Source: Syntrophomonadaceae bacterium (lineage in GTDB: Bacteria > Bacillota > Ch66 > Ch109). Taken from it: a DNA stretch of 64,000 nt. The DNA is taken from NCBI GenBank assembly GCA_012519455.1, contig JAAYQE010000101.1, positions 1,636 through 65,635 of the forward strand. Direction: 5' to 3'. The notes under the pieces were generated by a model. That model was not told where the DNA came from and ran no database searches. It saw nothing but the letters and a program-made list of their open reading frames with translations. The position numbers and the translations under genes are program-made. Shown here in pieces: positions 60,784 through 64,000 of this stretch; positions within the stretch are counted from its first letter, which is position 1, and every line of letters begins with the position of its first letter.

Positions 60784-62244
60784 ATGGAAAACCAAAAAGC
60801 CTCCTTAAAAGCATTAAGTTCTTTGTCCCATATCCGTAATTTATCGACTTTTATCGTTGGAGGCACCATACGGGATCTACTACGGGGCCAAAAAACTAAT
60901 GATTTGGATATCTTGGTCTTCGGTGATGTATGGCGAACGGCAGCTGAATTGGCTCAGGCTCTAGAAGCTACCTGGTTTGTCCTGGATGAATCCTCACGGA
61001 CGGCACGCGTAGTTTTAACGGGGAACCGTAATCTTCACCTTGATTTGGTGGGAGCCGGCCATCAAAGTTTATTGGAAAATTTACAAGAGCGTGATTTTAC
61101 GCTGAATGCTATGGCCGTGTCCTTACCTGATTACCTAGAATATCTGGAAAAACCGGACTACCCCTTAAACGGCGCCTTGATTGATCCCTTAAAGGGAAAG
61201 CAAGACCTAGAGGACCGGATGCTTCGGGTCACCTCGGATCAAGCGTTTAAGCACGACCCCCTGCGACTACTACGCGCTATCCGCCTGGCCGCTACGCTGG
61301 ATTTACAGGTGGAAAAAGGAACTCTAGCTTTAATCACCCAGCAGGCCCGACTTATTACCCAAAGTACCTCCGAACGTATTCGGGATGAACTATTTAAAAT
61401 ATTAGCCGTAGATAAAACTTATTTCTGGATTAAGCAACTGGAAAGACTGGGTTTGTTAGGGGTCATCTTCCCGGAACTGGAAGCCTTAAAAGGCGTTGAA
61501 CAAAATAAATATCACGCCCTAGATGTATGGGGACATAGTTTAGCGACCCTAAAACAACTAGAGCAGAAACTTTGGCAAAAATGGTTACCCTCGGATTTAG
61601 AGGAACACGTGGAAAGTTACCTTTCCGAGAGTTTGGGCGCCACCCGCACCAGATGGCAATTACTTAAATTGGGCGCCTTATTACACGATATGGGCAAACC
61701 GGAAGTTAAAGCCACCCGGCATGGGGGTAAGATCATCTTTTACGGCCACGAACAGGCTGGTGCCCGTCAAGCGCGTCGTATTGCCGAACGCTTAAAGTTA
61801 TCCAACCAGGAAAAACGGGGGCTCACGACCTTAGTGGACCAACATATGCGACCGTTTCATTTATTTCGGGCTGAAAACCATACCGGCAAGGCGGAATACC
61901 GTTTTTATTTAAAGACCGGGTCCGAGGCGGTGGCTATACTCTTACTCGCCCTCGCTGATCGGGCGGCCGGGCGGGCCCTAGATAGTGATGCCGAACCGTT
62001 AAGGTTTTCCCATTTTATTAAACGATTATTGGAAAGGTATTACTATGAGTTTCAAACCGCTCGTAATCAACGCCTAATTGGAGGCCAAGATGTGCTTCAA
62101 GCCTTTGGCCTTAAACCCGGCCCTTTAGTAGGGAAAATATTAAAACAGGTCGAAGAAGCTCAAGTTCTAGGTCGGATCCACACCCGAGAAGAGGCCTTGC
62201 AATTCGTAGGTCAAATCTTAAGACGCAGCCGTATAATTATCTAG
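60784..62244 (+). CDS. cca: CCA-adding tRNA nucleotidyltransferase with HD domain
   Basis: Pol-beta NT motif GGTIRDLL..DLD. HD domain (HDMGK). Confidence 0.85.
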   Translation: MENQKASLKALSSLSHIRNLSTFIVGGTIRDLLRGQKTNDLDILVFGDVWRTAAELAQALEATWFVLDESSRTARVVLTGNRNLHLDLVGAGHQSLLENLQERDFTLNAMAVSLPDYLEYLEKPDYPLNGALIDPLKGKQDLEDRMLRVTSDQAFKHDPLRLLRAIRLAATLDLQVEKGTLALITQQARLITQSTSERIRDELFKILAVDKTYFWIKQLERLGLLGVIFPELEALKGVEQNKYHALDVWGHSLATLKQLEQKLWQKWLPSDLEEHVESYLSESLGATRTRWQLLKLGALLHDMGKPEVKATRHGGKIIFYGHEQAGARQARRIAERLKLSNQEKRGLTTLVDQHMRPFHLFRAENHTGKAEYRFYLKTGSEAVAILLLALADRAAGRALDSDAEPLRFSHFIKRLLERYYYEFQTARNQRLIGGQDVLQAFGLKPGPLVGKILKQVEEAQVLGRIHTREEALQFVGQILRRSRIII

Positions 62245-62290
62245 ATAGACAATTAAATGTACATGATCCAAACCCACGGGGGGTAATAAC

Positions 62291-63256
62291 ATGTTAATCA
62301 AGTTTTTTAAAAAAATAATCGTTAAAGGAGAAAAAAATAAGCCGAACCATTCCGTAGATCTGGATAACATGGATACCTTAACCTTAACCCTGCCGGTTCA
62401 GGAGAAGACAGAGGAGGGCGTGGCCCTAACCGAAGAAAACCAAGTAAACGAGGCCGCGGCCTTACGGATAAAACCAATCCAACCGATACCTCAATGGGCA
62501 AGCACCTGGCTGCGCAAACCCGGGGCCGATCACACCCGAGGGCTATACGACGAAGACGAAAACGAAGAGGAAGAGGAAAATACCGCTGCTGTTCCCGTTA
62601 AACTGACGAACACGGAGGGGGTAGACGATTTAGAGGAACTGCCCACGGAGAGTTATTTAGAACCCCGTAATTTTGAAGTGCGTGAAATGGTATTACGGCA
62701 GATTCAAAATTCTCGTTCCGTGGCTCGCTATATGTGCAGTACTAATGATCTGGTCGAAGATCAGATTAGGAAAGCTATGGAACGGGGGGATTTTAATAAT
62801 TTAAGGGGTAAAAATAAACCCATTAAATTCGAGGAAAATGCTTATGAGGACCCAGAATTACGTTTGCCTTTTAAAATTTTAAAAGACGCCGGCTTTGCCC
62901 CCTACTGGGTAGAAGAGGGCAAGCAAATTGATGCAGCCATAGCGAATTGCCATATGACCTTTGATAAATTTGTGGAAACCTTAGCTTACCGTCGCGCTAG
63001 ATATGGGTATATTTCACGTACGCCAGAATTTGAACGAAGAGTCATGCAGGTCATGGGAACCTGCGCCCATCAATTAGAAGAAGCTAATAAAAAAATTGAT
63101 AAATATAATATGATTGTCCCCATGTACTGGTTACAGAGAAAAAAGATAGATACGGAGGCAGAAATAAGTGCTCTGCAGCGGCGTCTAGATGAATTTTTAT
63201 GGGGTACGACGAAGGAGAAGAAAGAAAAGAAGGAAAAGAAGGGGAAGAAGGAGTGA
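62291..63256 (+). CDS. DUF1992 (DnaJC28-like) domain protein with Lys/Glu-rich tails
   Basis: Central DUF1992-like block (RKAMERGDFNNLRGKNKPI). KEKKEKKEKKGKK C-terminus. Confidence 0.5.
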   Translation: MLIKFFKKIIVKGEKNKPNHSVDLDNMDTLTLTLPVQEKTEEGVALTEENQVNEAAALRIKPIQPIPQWASTWLRKPGADHTRGLYDEDENEEEEENTAAVPVKLTNTEGVDDLEELPTESYLEPRNFEVREMVLRQIQNSRSVARYMCSTNDLVEDQIRKAMERGDFNNLRGKNKPIKFEENAYEDPELRLPFKILKDAGFAPYWVEEGKQIDAAIANCHMTFDKFVETLAYRRARYGYISRTPEFERRVMQVMGTCAHQLEEANKKIDKYNMIVPMYWLQRKKIDTEAEISALQRRLDEFLWGTTKEKKEKKEKKGKKE

Positions 63257-64000
63257 TTGAGTTTGTACCTCGGGGCGCATTTACCTATTTCTAAAGGGTA
63301 TCAAGCTGCCGTACGTATGGCATTAGAGATAGGGGGCAATACTTTTCAGTTTTTTACTCGTAACCCTCGGGGTAGCCGAGCCCGAGCTTTGAATTTAAAA
63401 GATATCGAACAAGCAGCCGAATTAGCCCGGCGTAATGATTTTGGGCCTTTGGTCGGCCACGCTCCCTATACGATTAACCTAGCGGCAGTGGCTGAAAACA
63501 CCCGAGCTTTTGCCGTAATGGTACTCAAAGAAGACTTGGAGCGATTAAAAACCGTGGGGGCTTCCTACCTGGCTGTACACCCGGGTAATCATGGAGGACA
63601 AGGGATAGAAAAAGGAATTGACAATATCCTGCAGTGCCTGGATTTAATCCTTACCGAGCCGGAGGGAGTTACCTTGCTTTTAGAAGGCATGGCCGGGGAA
63701 GGGACCGAAATTGGCTTTCGCTTTGAACAACTTAAAGAAATTTATGATGGGGTTAAACACCAGCAGCGCCTTGGGGTAATTCTTGATACCTGCCACCTTT
63801 ATGGGGCCGGGTATGACATACGGGACCATCTAGATGCGGTGCTAGAAGAGTTTGATCGGATAATGGGTTTAGACCAACTTAAAGCCTTACATGTAAATGA
63901 TACGAAATATCCTTTAGCCAGTAAGCGAGACCGACATACGAACCTAGGTGAAGGTTTTCTCGGCGTAGACTTTTTTGTCCAGTTGGTACGCCATCCGGAA
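63257..64000 (+). CDS. nfo: endonuclease IV (partial, runs off the window end)
   Basis: AP endonuclease family 2 motifs (HAPYTINLA, HPGNH). TTG start 63257 or 63263 after RBS AAGGAG. Confidence 0.85.
   Translation, partial: MSLYLGAHLPISKGYQAAVRMALEIGGNTFQFFTRNPRGSRARALNLKDIEQAAELARRNDFGPLVGHAPYTINLAAVAENTRAFAVMVLKEDLERLKTVGASYLAVHPGNHGGQGIEKGIDNILQCLDLILTEPEGVTLLLEGMAGEGTEIGFRFEQLKEIYDGVKHQQRLGVILDTCHLYGAGYDIRDHLDAVLEEFDRIMGLDQLKALHVNDTKYPLASKRDRHTNLGEGFLGVDFFVQLVRHPE

Overview
This is a 64-kb chromosomal window from a low-GC, spore-forming Firmicute (Clostridia/Peptococcaceae-like gene content). All protein calls come from reading the supplied ORF translations for family motifs; no database search was run. 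Coordinates I derived by hand (tRNA, junctions, promoters, terminators, repeats) may be off by 1-2 nt.

Most of the window is a housekeeping backbone:
- FtsH-like AAA protease, cinA(C-term)-thpR-recA, and rny-ymdB-spoVS.
- M19 dipeptidase, PHP phosphatase, LysM/NlpC-P60 hydrolase, guaB.
- An alpha/beta-type SASP, a radical SAM protein, DegV, DUF47, and a SleB-like cortex hydrolase.
- miaB, a GalT-like HIT enzyme, mutS-[hydantoinase-like + HDAC-like]-mutL-rsmJ-like-miaA-hfq, rhomboid, tRNA-Gln, DUF554, a TRAP transporter (dctPQM), EamA, hflX-ynbB, DUF456, lexA, ttcA-like, ychF, trkAH, cca, DUF1992 and nfo.

The stand-out feature is that the sporulation gene spoVK (AAA+ ATPase) is split exactly inside its Walker-A motif (..HMIFKG | NPGTGKTT..). 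The two halves are separated by a ~3.6-kb intervening element flanked by direct copies of the 12-bp core CTTTAAAGGTAA. The element carries an intact large serine recombinase (SpoIVCA/CisA-like), a YjcQ-like small protein, a small ORF and a PLP aminotransferase. This architecture matches skin-type elements that are excised in the mother cell to reconstitute a sporulation gene. I cannot tell from the sequence whether a spoVK-targeting element of this kind has been described.

Other notable points:
- A small DUF1858-like CxxC redox protein on the minus strand has an in-frame TGA at the second Cys position, with its own -10, RBS and terminator. It is a candidate selenoprotein.
- miaB carries a single in-frame TAG at a conserved Glu codon.
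- An AT-rich two-gene island just upstream of spoVK looks like an SPPY-type DNA methyltransferase plus a small putative nuclease.
- A decayed hydrogenase operon remnant (beta / gamma / maturation-protease fragments fused) follows hfq.
- A structured leader with GGTAG repeats and an intrinsic terminator precedes the TRAP operon.
- Cheo-type LexA boxes lie upstream of recA and lexA.
- A block of four uncharacterised genes (including a SEC-C/TPR protein) sits behind a palindromic operator-like site.
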